From the human T2T-CHM13v2.0 reference genome, Homo sapiens, in assembly GCF_009914755.1 (NCBI RefSeq), contig NC_060947.1: a stretch of 64,000 nucleotides of DNA, one strand, 5' to 3'. The notes beneath the pieces were generated by a model. That model made no database searches, was not told where the DNA came from, and saw only the letters and a program-made list of their open reading frames with translations. The translations under genes and the position numbers were made by a program. Shown here in pieces: positions 25,301-47,745 of the stretch. Every line of letters begins with the position of its first letter. The first letter of the stretch is position 1.

Positions 25301-26740
25301 TATGGCTGCATAGTATTCCATGGTGTATATGTACCACATTTCCTTTATCCAGTCTATCATTGATGGGCATTTGGGTTGGTTCCATGACTTGGCTATTGTG
25401 AATAGTGCTGCAATAAACATATGCATGCATGTGTCTTTATAGTAGAATGATTTATATTCCTTTGGGTATATACCCAGTAATGAGACTGCTGGGTCAAATG
25501 GTATTTCTTGTTCTAGATCCTTGAGGAATCACCATACTGTCTTCCACAATGGTTGAACTAATTTATATTCCCACCAACAGTGTAAAATAAAACCACACAT
25601 CTACAACCATCTGATCTTTGACAAACCTGACAAAAACAAGCAATGGGGAAAGGATCTCCTATTTGATAAATGGTGCTGGGAAAACTGCCTAGCCATATGT
25701 AGAAAACTGAAACTAGGCCTCTTCCTTACACTTTATACAAAAATTAACTCAAGATGGATTAAAGACTTAAATGTAAAACCCCAAACCATAAAAACCCTAG
25801 AAGAAAACCTAGGCAATACCATTCAGGACATAGGCATGGGCAAAGACTTCATGACTAAAACACCAAAAGCAATGGCAACAAAAGCAAAGAAATGGGATCT
25901 AATTAAACTAAAGAGCTTCTGCACAGCAAAAGAAACTATCATCAGAGTGAACAGGTAACCTACAGAATGGGAGAAAATTTTTGCAATCCACCCACGTGAC
26001 AATGGTCTAATATCCAGAATTTACAAGGAACTTAAACAAATTTACAAGAAAAAACAAATAACCCCATCAAAAAGTGGGCAAAGGATATGAACAGACACTT
26101 CTCAAAAGAAGACATTTACGTGGCCAACAAAAATATGAAAAAAAGCTCCATATCAATGATCATTAGAGAAATGCAAATCAAAACCATAATGAGATGCCAT
26201 CTCACGCCAGTCAGAATGGTGATTACTAAAAAGTCAAGAAACAATAGATGCTGGTGAGGCTGTGGAGAAATAGGAACCTCAGAGTATTTTAGCCAGTGAT
26301 GGCAGAGCTTGCTGGAACTCAGGTTTTGATTGCTGGGATGGATGTCATCTGGTTAGGGCTCATCTAAATGCTCCCTCCATAGACGCCAGCTGAGTTCTGC
26401 CCCATGTTGCTTTTCGCTGTGACACGGCAGCACTGAGTTCCAATGCAAAGTCCCACATTCACTGTGTTCTCCCTTCCTCAAGCACACAGATTCTCTCTCT
26501 GCACCACATGGCCACTGCCAGATGGTGAGGGAAGGGTAGTGTAGGTGATTCAAGACTGTCTTTCCTACCTTCTTTAGTGCCTCTTTCCTTAAAATAATAT
26601 TAAAACCAAGTACTGTGACTGCTTACCTGCTTTTTGGTTCTTATGAAGGTGGTTTTCTGTGTGTGTAGTTGTTCAATTTGGTGTTCCTGTCGGGGGACAA
26701 TCAGTGGAAGCTTCTATTTGGCCATCTTGCTCTGCTTCCA
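22301..26740 (-). mobile_element. Old L1MA: ORF2 RT fragment, ORF1 and 5' UTR (host of two younger L1s)
   Basis: ORF 22379..22609 ([21 protein letters not shown]); ORF 23161..23370 (LSDREFKIVVLRKL). Confidence 0.8.
24978..26274 (-). mobile_element. L1PA (about PA7-8) with twin-priming 5' inversion
   Basis: Antisense 3' end to ~25587, then sense ORF2 to ~26277; TSD AACC(C/T)CAGAGT at 24967 and 26275. Confidence 0.85.
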
Positions 26741-26930
26741 AGCCTCAGTAGTTTTTCTTGAATAACCACTTCCCAATTTGTTATATTACCTTGGTAAATT
26801 TCCAGAGTCTTTAACTGGTTGTTTTTGGCAATTTTGTCCACTTTTGTCATGGCGTTTTGTGGAGAGGATTGCCAAGCTCCTTAGTCAACCTTTCCAGATG
26901 TCTCTCCCTTCCTTGTAACTAGAGTTTTGA

Positions 26931-27320
<390 letters not shown>

Positions 27321-27806
27321 TAGTTGGGTTATTTATTTATTTTGTTTTAGCAAAGTGTAAGGGTTCTTTATGTGTACTTTTTGTGCCATATCTGAGAAAC
27401 CATTAAGGGGCAGGATTTGAATACATATCTGGCTCCAGCATTCATGTTCTTAACCATTACACCACGCTGCCTGTCTTGAATTAGCAGTTTAGATATAAAT
27501 GATTTATGTATGTCGTGACTTAGACTCTTGATTTATTCCAAACATGCTTAGTCACCATGCAGTATCTGTATTTTCACATGTGTATTTGTATATATGTGAT
27601 GATTGTGACACATAAGAATGGTTATTGCATTATTCCCAACAATAGAAGATAATGGTTTGAAGCAGCAATAAGTGAGTACTATTATTGCTCTCCCTATTAA
27701 TGGTGCCCTTATTTCAGTGATGACGTTCTCTGTCTTTTTTGCCTATCACTTTTGTTTAATATTCTTTCCTCACTTCTAGAAAAAAATGTGTTTCTTCTTT
27801 AATATC

Positions 27807-28762
27807 TGATATGGTTAATGACAGAGCAGGAGCACCGTCATCTTGGACAAACACCGCCACTCTAAGTTCAAGCTCCCTTTCTAGCCTCATGCATTTCAAG
27901 GAAATCACTTCTTTTCTAACTACAAGCAGCCAGAAAAGAGCAGACAGTAAAACACAGATAAGACAGCTCAGGCACAGAGGGAGGCGGGGGGGAAGTCTCC
28001 TGGGTAACTGCCGAACTTCACCCTCATACAATGGACCCCAGTGAAACAGTGGGCCTTACTAAGCACATTCCTTTCCCTTCAGGTGCACTAAGATAGGGAA
28101 GCTAAAAGTAGACTGGGGGGGTATGCCTGCAGCTGCAGGAAGATGTATGGGAACAGACACAAAACTCTCCCTCCCAGATAAGCAAAATGAAGAGACACAG
28201 AAGCAGTCCAAGCCTCTGATAAACTCTCCCACCCTAAATCTTTAAAAACTCTTAGTCTGTAAGAGAGTGGGCTCTGATCTAACTTGGCCAGAATCCCCTG
28301 TCAGGTTTGTTTTCTCTAAAATAAACCTGTCCTTGACTGTTGAGCCACCTTTCATGTTTCTTTCCTCTTTCTTTAATTCTTAGAATTAGGCTTTGTGTTC
28401 CCCACCCAAATCTTATCTTGAATTGTAATCCCCATAATCCCCACGTGTCAAGGGAGAGACCAGGTGGAGGTAATTGAATTGAATCATGGAGGCAGTTTCC
28501 TCCATGCTGTTTTCATGATAGTGAGTGAGTTCTCACGAGATCTGATGGTTTTATAAGGGGATCTTCCCCTTTCACTTGGCACTTCTCCTTCCTGCCGCCT
28601 CGTGAAGACAGTGCCTTGCTTCCCCTTTGCCTTCTGCCATAATTGCAAGTTTTCTGAGGCCTTCCCAGCCATGCTGAGCTGTGAGTTATTTAAACCTCTT
28701 TCCTTTATAAATCACCCAGTCTCAGGCAGTTCTTTATAGCAGCGTGAAAATGGACTAATACA
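27807..28762 (+). mobile_element. MaLR solo LTR (THE1/MSTA) with a nested ERV1 LTR (LTR26-like, ~27819-28385)
   Basis: TGATATGGTT...CTAATACA, perfect 5-bp TSD ATATC; inner element starts TGACAGAGCAGGAGCA. Confidence 0.8.
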
Positions 28763-29069
28763 ATATCCCTCATAGCAGATGAAATATTGCATCCTTACCA
28801 TGGACATCTGTGGTTAATCCATTGGTGTAACTTGACAAACATAGTCAGATGGTGTTTAAAATATATTCACACTTACATAAATAGACATCACTTTAAGCTT
28901 ACTGCACTACTTATTTCTTAGTTACCTTACATTACGTAACAGGAATAATTTTTTTGTTTTATTTTTCTATAACCAACTGAAAGAATAAGTCATATCCCAT
29001 TCTAGTATGTTCTGAAATTTTTTAAGGCTTTAATGTTAAAAGTTGTCATTCCTTTTCTTTTCTTTTCTC

Positions 29070-32846
<3,777 letters not shown>

Positions 32847-34257
32847 TAAAATTTACAATTTTAACCATGTTTACTTTTCCATTCTTTTATTTTTAACCTT
32901 CTGGGAACTTCGGTTTTTGTTGTGCCTTTTGTAAACAGGTGAAAACTCAGGACAGGATTTAAAATGCTCTAGTACTTTGCACTATGGGTAAAAATAGTTA
33001 CAAATATTTATGTAGTTTTGGATGCTTAAAAGCTCAACTAGCCTTTACAAGAATAGATACAGAACAAATGAATTAGAGCAGGGAGAAAATGGAATGAGAG
33101 AAAATTAAAAACAAAAAATTTGACAGAGAAAAAGGCGACAAAGGAAGAAAAAATAAAAATAGAAAAGGTAGGACAAATAGAATACATTCAATAAGATGGG
33201 AGAAATAAATTCAAATATGTTAATAATCATAATAAATGCAATGGATTAAGCTCATCAGCTAAAAGATAAATATTGTCACTGGATTAAAAAATGCAAGTTA
33301 TAGTCTGTTTTTAGGAGGCATCTAAAAGATAAGGTCAGAAAGGTTGAAAGTCAAAGGATGGTGTAGTTATATTAATAGCAGACAAAATAGATCTTAAGGC
33401 CAAAAATACTAAAAACAAGAATAACTACATAATGATAAAAAATTCATTACACTAAGAAGTTTTAATGCAAAAATCATATGCACTTAATATATAATGATCT
33501 CAAAACATACAAGACAAAAGTTGATAGAACTTCTAGAATTAAAAATGAGAAATCTATCATGATACCACAGAGCACTTCTACTTGCTGGGATGTAGGAGGA
33601 CAACTCAGATTTTATGTTGCTAGTGAGTACCTTCAGGTATCACTACACCACTTACAGATATCATTTTCCAATCAAGGACAAAAGAGTAGAGTTGGGGCCA
33701 AAAAATCCAGGTTGTAAACTTGGTATGAACTCTACCACAGACTTTATACAAATCCAGGCATTGTAACCTAAACTCTTTAAGTCACAGTTTTCTAATCAGT
33801 AAAATGGCAATAAAAATCCCTACCCCTTTGAGATGTGGTGAGGAATAAATCATATAGTGCATGTGGTAGAAAGATCCCCTCCCCCATTGTTTCCCTAGCT
33901 GGCTCTGTCTGGACCAGATGACAAGGTACAGGGTAATTTCCCTTCCAAAGTGTCATTCCCTTCTAGGTGCCCAGAAGGTCACTGTTCTTCTATAAGGGAT
34001 TTATGAGAGTTTTGGGCCATTGAAAATAGGGTTTTCACGTGAAGTTTTTACAATATGTGCAGTGGAATGACATATTTGTTTTAGCAGAATTTTAATACTG
34101 TGTTCACTTGTGGCCAACTATGTAGGATGAGATGCTCCAAATGTCTCCTCATTGTCACCTCCATGAGCTATGCCCCATAAACCCTGGGAAAAACTGGATA
34201 TGAACATGCCCTCATTGGGACCTCAGCCCTCACACCTAGGTTCTCAGCCCCTTTGCC

Positions 34258-34314
34258 ATTTCTTCTTCCTCCTCCTCCTGTTCTTCTCCTTTCTTCTTTT
34301 CCTCCTCCTCCTTC

Positions 34315-34379
<65 letters not shown>

Positions 34380-34709
34380 TTTCTTTCTTTCCTCTTTCTT
34401 TCTCTTTCTTTCTTTTTTCTTTCTTTCTTTCTTTTCTTTCTTTTTTCTTCTTTTCTTCTCCTTCTCCTTCTTCCTTCTTTTTCCTTCCTCCTCCTCCTCT
34501 TCCTCCTCCTTCTCTTCTTCTTTCTTCTTCTCTCCCTCTTCATCCTCCTCCTTCCTCCTTCTTTCTTTCCTTCTCTTCTTTCTTCTTTTTTTCTTTTTTT
34601 CTTCTTCTTTTATTCTCCTTTTCCCTTCTTCTTCCTTCTCCCATCCACCTTCTCCCTTCTCCTCCTTCCTTCCTCTTCTTCCTCTTCCTTTTTTTTTTTT
34701 TTTTTTTTT
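34258..34709. repeat. ~450-bp polypyrimidine low-complexity tract with (TTTC)n, (CTT)n and (CCT)n
   Basis: Direct reading. Confidence 0.95.
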
Positions 34710-34879
34710 GTAGAGATGAGGTCTTGCTATTGCTGCTCAAGCTGGTCACGAAGCCATTTCTAAACATTTTCTATTCTCATCAGCTGAACAAGAATCTGGA
34801 CCTAACATTTCTCCCTGCCCAACCCAACCATAATGTATCACCTACCTAAAAGCCATTCTTTTTTTTTTTTTTTTTCTAA

Positions 34880-35740
34880 TTTGGTCTTGAGGTCTGTCTC
34901 ATGAGAGTGGCCATAAACTCTAACCCCATCCTGTTGGGGCTCCAGGGAATGTGGTTGTGGGTGTTTACAATGGGCCTTCCAGAGAATTCTTTGTCCTGGT
35001 GGGCGGCTTAGTGCCTGTGTCTGACGCATGACCAGGTGTCCCTCTCCCAGAAAACCTGTTCATTCTGGCAGACGCCCTTGTGGCTCTTGTCTGACCTGAG
35101 TCCAGCTTATTCCCACCAAGATAGCCACTCTCTAGGAGAGCTCTGACCGGGAGAGAAGTTAGGTTTGGGTGTGTGGGGCAGGTGAGACGCAGAGAGGCAA
35201 CTCAACAGAACACATGAAGTCATGGAGGCAGCGCATTCATTTCAGGTCCAGACGGAAGAGGGCAGCACACCTCACAGGGCCAAGGGGATGCAGAGAGCTG
35301 TCCACGACACACATGCTCAGCCAGCGAGTGGGGACAGAGAAGGGTATGTGGGGACGGACCTGTGGGGTGAAGCCTTTTTGGGGGCCTAGGGCATTACCTG
35401 AGCAGCTTTCCCATGAAGAGTTCTAATTGGTGGGTGTAGAGCAAGCAGGCGCAAGTTCCATGGAGTCACCCCGTCACTGGGAGGTGGTCACTGCGGCATA
35501 TCTGTGCAGTCCACATGGGGTGTGGGGATTAGAGGGGCGAGTCAAGTGGGTTGCGTCTAGCTGTCCGTTGGGGGAGGTGGTCACCAGCAGGTGATTGTAT
35601 AAGCAGTTATCTGGGTCGACCACATTGAGGAACAGGTGGAGAACTGGAGACTGTGTCAAGGGTGACTAAGCCCTGCTTCTTTCTTGTATGAGAAAGTCCA
35701 ACTTATATTCAGACTGGATGTCATAAAATTCTAGGAATTC
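34880..35740 (-). mobile_element. ERVL-type solo LTR (MER54/MER73/MER74-like)
   Basis: GGTCTTGAGGTCTGTCTC..GAGAGTGGCCATAAAC and GTATGAGAAAGTCCAACTTATATTC motifs. Confidence 0.55.
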
Positions 35741-36559
35741 ACTACAGCCTTGCTCTGTGGGGTGTAGAAATCCCTTCACATTGGCACTTGGTTTGGGGGA
35801 GCCTGTTTTGGAAAGTCCCCACTCTTCCCTCCTGAGGCTGCTAAAATAAACTGTTAAGCCATGTGGTTTGTTTGTTTGTTTTGCTAGCTCCGCTGTGTTA
35901 GCCACGAGGATCACAGCCAGTTTCATAACCATACCCCTTTCCAAGTTGCACTTTTCTTTCTCTTTCAGTGGCTTTAGGGCTTCTTGTTTTCCCTTCTTGA
36001 CCATCTGTAATACAAGAAAGAAGTTGGGAATGGGGTCGTAATGTGTCTGGTAAATCTTATGATTCATTCATAATTGGGAAAATCAGGAAACAATCCAAAT
36101 ATCTCTCAACTTGTGAATGGGTCAGCACATTGTGATTCATCCATACAATGGACTTATTTATTACACAGCCATAAAAAGAAACAAAATTACTGACTAATAC
36201 AATATGGATGAATTTAAAAAGCATTATGCTGAGTGAAAGAAGCCACACAAAAAATACTCTATTTTGTGTGATTATGTGACTCCATATGCATAGCTCTGTA
36301 CTGTATGATTATCCAAAACCCTAGAACAGGCAAATCTAGTCTCTAGGGGCAGAAAGAAGGTCATTGGTTACCTGTGATGGGAGACAGTATATAGACTGAG
36401 AAGGGGCATGAGGGAGCCTTCTGGGGGAGTATCTATATGCGGATTTGAATGAGTTGTCAAAAACCAGGCATTACACTTATAATGTTTGAGCACACTGTAT
36501 ACTTTACTGTGTATTTTATCCCCCAATAAGAGAAAAGTTAAAATAAAAAACGTACAGAT

Positions 36560-36955
36560 ATACCATGGAATATTATGCAGCCATATAAAGGAACGAGATC
36601 ATGTCTTTTGCAGGGACATGGATGGAGCTGGAAGCCATTATCCTCAGCAAACTAATGCAGGAACAGAATACCAAACACTGCATGTTCTCACTTATAAGTG
36701 GGAACTGAACAATACACATGGACACGGGGAGGAGAACAACACACACTGGGGCCTGTTGGGGGTGGGGGTGGGGGTGGGGGTGGGGGAAGGGAGAGCATCA
36801 GGATAAATAGCTAATGCATGTGGGGCTTACTACCTAGGTGGTGATGGGTTGATAGGTGCAGCAAACCACCATGGCACACGTTTACCTATGTAAAAAACCT
36901 GCATATGCTGCACATGTATCCCAGAACTTAAAATAAAATTAAATTAAAAAAAGAA
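36560..36955 (+). mobile_element. L1PA 3' end
   Basis: L1 3' UTR with G-tract and A tail. Confidence 0.85.
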
Positions 36956-37948
36956 AATATTGGACTCCAGTTAAGACAGGCTGAATCAGAAACTCTAGGG
37001 GTTGAACTCAGCAATCTGTGTTTTACCAAACCCATCAGGTTATTCTGATACACACTAAAGTTTGAGAATCGTGGCACTGAAAAACAAAAACCAAGAAACG
37101 TAGAACACAGGATTTACCTCAGAAAAATACCAGCCCATGCCTTTGCAAAGAAACATAGGTGTGTTTTTTCCCAAACTTATCAATGTTTTCACAGATTCTT
37201 TCTACTTTTCTAACCTTAGCACCTGCAGGGATCCTCCCTTGTGGCCCTCTCCCTGCTTGAAGTCCCACCCGAAAAGCTTGGGGACATAGCAGCAGCTGCC
37301 TCGGTACAGAGGACTAATAAATTTTGTTTGATGCTCTCTCTCCATACTACAATGCCTGGACCGAGGTTAGTGCCATAAATATGTGCCAAATGTATGAAGG
37401 TAGGTCTCCCTCAGCTTCCAAGAAGTCATTTCATCTCCTGGACTTTTTTTGAGGTGCGTGGCTCTTTATGACTTATTTGGTTTATGTGCAAGAAAAATCC
37501 TTTCTCAGGGAGGGAGGGCTGCAATAGGGTGGAGCAGTAGGGGCTGTTTGTTGCTCTGCTCCCTTAATTTCCATCTTTATCTGTTTCCTAGTGGACCTTT
37601 GCCAAGAGTCAGTGTCCTTGTGCATTTCACATAGACAAGCATACAAGTAACTATCTTGCTGGTACAAACTGATCTGAAATGCACATTCCCACAGTATTTC
37701 TGATTGTTTCCTTTATTGGAGCATAATTTATATGCAACAAAATGCTTCCATCTTGGGTATATAGCACGTTGAGTTTTTACAAATGTATAGACCCATGTAA
37801 ATAACCTTCATCTCTACCAAGATACTTCTATTACCTCAGAAAGTTCCATCATAGTCTCTTCCCAGTCAGTCCTCTTCACCAGTCCTAAAACTTCATGTAA
37901 ATGGAATCCATACAATTGTACTATTTTCTTTCTGGTTTCTTTTATTCA

Positions 37949-38334
<386 letters not shown>

Positions 38335-39674
38335 TTATTGGGCACGTTGCTTTTGAGATTCCTCCATGCTGTTGCATGTATCAGTTTTTTGTTCCTTTTT
38401 ATTCTGAATACTATTCCATTGTATGGATGTTCCTCAGGTTTTTTATCCAATCACCTGCCGATGGTTAGTTTGGGGTTATTATGAATAAAGTTGCTATGAA
38501 CACTCATGAGGGCCACTGGGTTGATTCCTGGAATGGAAACCATAACTTGCTTCAGGAGTGGTCAGTGTTTCTCTTCTCCATGAGTCAGTTTCAGACACTA
38601 TATGGATTAGTAATTGGCAATCTGAAAGATCAGTGGTTGAAGACCTGCTGGGGGCATGGCATTGGGGAGCCTGTGTTGGACATTATTCAAGGTTCTCATA
38701 AAAGGTTGCTAATGGCCCACTCTGGGACATAGTAATTGGTTATTACTGTGGATAAATGTTAGGAGGAACCTGGGCCATGCCAGTGATTGGGGGACCTTAA
38801 AATGCCCACTGCAGTCCCTGTAGTTCAGCCATGGGTGGATTCTGCTGGTCAGTGATTGGCAGCCAGAGGAATCAGGGTCATGGTTCCAGGGATTTGGGAC
38901 CTGAGGTTACCAAAGATCAACAGTCCTAAGTTGGTCAGCTATAGGTGGACCTGATGCTCACCTGATGTTTGGTGTCCATCACCAAAAGAAGGGGATGGGG
39001 AAGGTAAGTTTGAGTTTTTTGTCTTTGTCAGAGAGAGCTGTGTAGATTTCCCTGAATGTGCACTGAAATATGTGAAAGATCTGTTTGTGTGCACGAGATA
39101 TCATCCCTCAGCTGGAACGCTTGCTTAGAAGACGGTGGAAAATAGAAATACCATTTATTGGGAGCCGACTCTGTATGGGGTTCCATATGGCGTTTCAGCT
39201 GCTACTATTATATAATGGGCCAAATGATAATCATTGTTATCCAGCTGACAGAGTTGCTGTGATTAAATTAAATGAGGTACCTGACATCTGTCCCCAGAGC
39301 CTCAGGGCAGGAGCAGGTGAGTCAGAGGAAGCTGCAGATTCTGGACCTGCTGCCTTGGAGACAGATTAGGATCCTCCCACCAAGAGTGAGCGCCACATGG
39401 CTGATGCTGCCACGTCCAGGGCCCTGCGTGTTTCAATGGACTGTGTGACTCAGCTGGTGGAGAAGAGGGGATGTGGAGGGTCTAGCCCCATGGCCTAGGG
39501 AAGAAGGAAAAGGCAGCTCCCTGCAGGGTGTCTGAAGGGGAGGTCCGGGTGAGAACAGCCACTGGCCACAGCCAAGGAGATGCTATCCCCCACCCCAGCA
39601 GGGACCCTTCCCTTTCATCGGTTCTTTACAGACATCAGCTGATCCCCCCAGAGCCCCGTTCCCGCTCCCCGGCA

Positions 39675-41790
<2,116 letters not shown>

Positions 41791-41827
41791 ACTAAGTGTT
41801 CAACTTGTGTTCCACTGTTACTTTAAT

Positions 41828-42400
41828 GTATCCCTGGAATCCAATCAAGAGATAGAAACCACATGGTAGTTTAAATAGAGAATGTTTAATATAACTATTA
41901 ACTATAACAGGAGATTGGAGAAATGGGGGATTGGCTAGTAAGAGGTAAGAAGAACCCTCACTGCTCCCAAAACAAAGGAGGAATATCAGATTTAGGGAGT
42001 AGCCATTGTCCCCAGTGCCTAAGAAAGAGGCCACTCTCCATCTTTCCACCCCCTCTCAGAACCAGACCTCACTGGAAAGGGCTCCACTGTGACCTACTGG
42101 ATGGCAGAGAAGATTGCTGGGGTGCTTTGGAAATCTGCCCTCTGTAATGCAGAAGGAAGCTGTCCATGGGCAGGAGTCATGCTTTGGAACTCACAGCAAA
42201 GTCACTAGAGGGCTGCCGGGGGAAGCTGTTCATAGGGATGTGCCACATGCTGCTGGCCACTGGGCACTGCTGGCCACCTAGAGATGCATTGTGTAAGCCG
42301 CAGATGCTGCAGGAGCCTGATGAGGGGAGCTCATGAGAACCAGGAAGAGAAATCTCTTCCTCTTCCAAAGTCTTTCTAGTGCCCTCTACTGATAATTGGA
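41828..42400. mobile_element. LTR33-like ERVL LTR
   Basis: CCAATCAAGAGATAGAAACCACA...TTTAATATAACTATTAACT. Confidence 0.55.
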
Positions 42401-43229
42401 ACATTTAGGTGAATTCTTCTGTTTCCCATGTTCTTCAGTGTCACTATGCTATTCATTTTTAATACATGTATGTTCATTTGTTAGTTTATATGCCATTTAG
42501 AGTTTCCCCCACATCATAGTCCATTTTGAATTTGATTTTTTTAGGGTATGTGAAACAGTATGGTTCCAAGAGAAAAAGCTGCACAAAAGGTCCCTTCAAA
42601 GAAGTGCCACTTATCTCATCCCTACTATCCTGTCCCTTTCCCACCATCCCCTTATAAGTAAGTAATCTCTTTAGTTTCTATTATAGTTTATTCACCTGTA
42701 TTTCTTTTGCACAAGTGAGCAGGTACATGTATGTCTTCTTATATCCCTTCTTTCTGTGAAGGATAGCATACAGTAGATATTCTTTAGAGCTTTGCTTTTT
42801 CACTTACAGATATGTCCTAGAAATTTTTCTGTATTAATTCATGATATTCCTCTTTTTAACAGTTACCTAGTACTCCATTGTGTGTATATACCTTAGTTTG
42901 TTCAACTACTCTCCTATGTATAGACATTTATATTTTGTAATTACAATGCTGTAATGAATAACTTTGTGCATTGTATTTTGCTATTGTTAGAGATGTATCT
43001 TCAGGATATTGTTAAGTATTCTCCAATTCCCCTCCAGAAGGACTGTACCAGTTTTCATTCCCAACAGAAATATGCAAGAGTGACTGTTCCCCTACAGCTT
43101 CACCAACATAATATCTTATCATACTTTTAATATTTACCAGTCCAAAAGATGAGAAATGAAATCTCAATGTTGTTTTAGTGTGCATTTCTCTAATTATAAA
43201 TGAGTTTGAACTTTAAAAATATGTTTGGT

Positions 43230-44260
43230 TGAATAATATTCCATTGTGTGTATATATATATATCACATTTTCTTGATCCATTTGTCCATTAATGGACAGG
43301 TAGGTTGTTTCCATATCTTGGCTATTGTGAAAAATGCTACAATGAACATGGGAGTGCAGATATTTTCACTAGGTGGTGAAATATTATTCAGCCATATAAA
43401 AGGAGGAGATCCTGCCATTTGCCACAACATAGATGGACCTGCAGAACATTATGCTAAGTGAAATAAGTTAGATACAGAAAGAAAAATATTGCATGATTTC
43501 ACTTATGTATGAAATCTAACAAACAAAACTTAAAATATCCAGATATAGAGAATAAAACAGTGGTTACCAGGTGTATTAGTCCGTTCTCACACTGCTGTGA
43601 AGAAATGCCTGACTCTGGATGATTTATAAAGGAAAGAGGTTTAATAGACTCACAGTTCCGCATTGTTGGGGGGGCCTCAGGAAACTTACAACTGTGGCAG
43701 AAGGCAAAGAGATGCAGGCACCTTCTTCACAGGGAGGCAGGACGGAGTGAGTGCAAACAGGGGAAATGCCAGATGCTTATAAAACCATCAGGTCTCATGA
43801 GAACTCACTCACTATCACGAGAACAGCATGGGGGAAACCGCCCCCATGATCCAATTACCTCCACCTGGTCCCACCCTTGACACATGGGGATTATGGGGAT
43901 TACAACTGGAGATGAGATTTGGGTGGGGACACGAAGCCTAACCATATCACCAGGGATGGGGTTGGGTGGGGAGGAAATGGGGAGATGTAGCTCAAAGACA
44001 CAAAGAAGCAGATATGTGGGATGAACAAGTCTAGAGATCTAATGTACAACATGAGGACTATAGGCAATAAAATTGTGCTGTAATAGGGATTTTTGTTAAA
44101 TAAGTAGATTTTAGTTGCTATTGTCACTAAGAAGTAACTACGTGAGATGATGGATATGTTAATTTGCTTCACTACAGTAACCATTTTACTATTTATATGT
44201 ATCTCATAACATCATGTTGTAAACCTCAAATATACACAATAAAATTTATTTTAAAAATAA
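43230..44260 (+). mobile_element. L1MA 3' end with 5' inversion, interrupted by a MaLR LTR (43572-43949)
   Basis: TSD AAA(A/G)TATGTTTGGT at 43216-43229 and 44261-44274; LTR TSD CCAGG. Confidence 0.75.
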
Positions 44261-44379
44261 AAAGTATGTTTGGTGACCATCATATATCTTTTTTTGTGAA
44301 TTGCCTGTTCATGTCTTCTTCCCGCTTGTCTGTAATGTTTTTAGGCCCTTGTCTCTCAATTTTAATAGCCCTTTATATC

Positions 44380-47745
<3,366 letters not shown>

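Noticed and set aside
34170-34849. ~197-aa F/L/S/P-rich ORFs
   Set aside because: Translation of the pyrimidine tract
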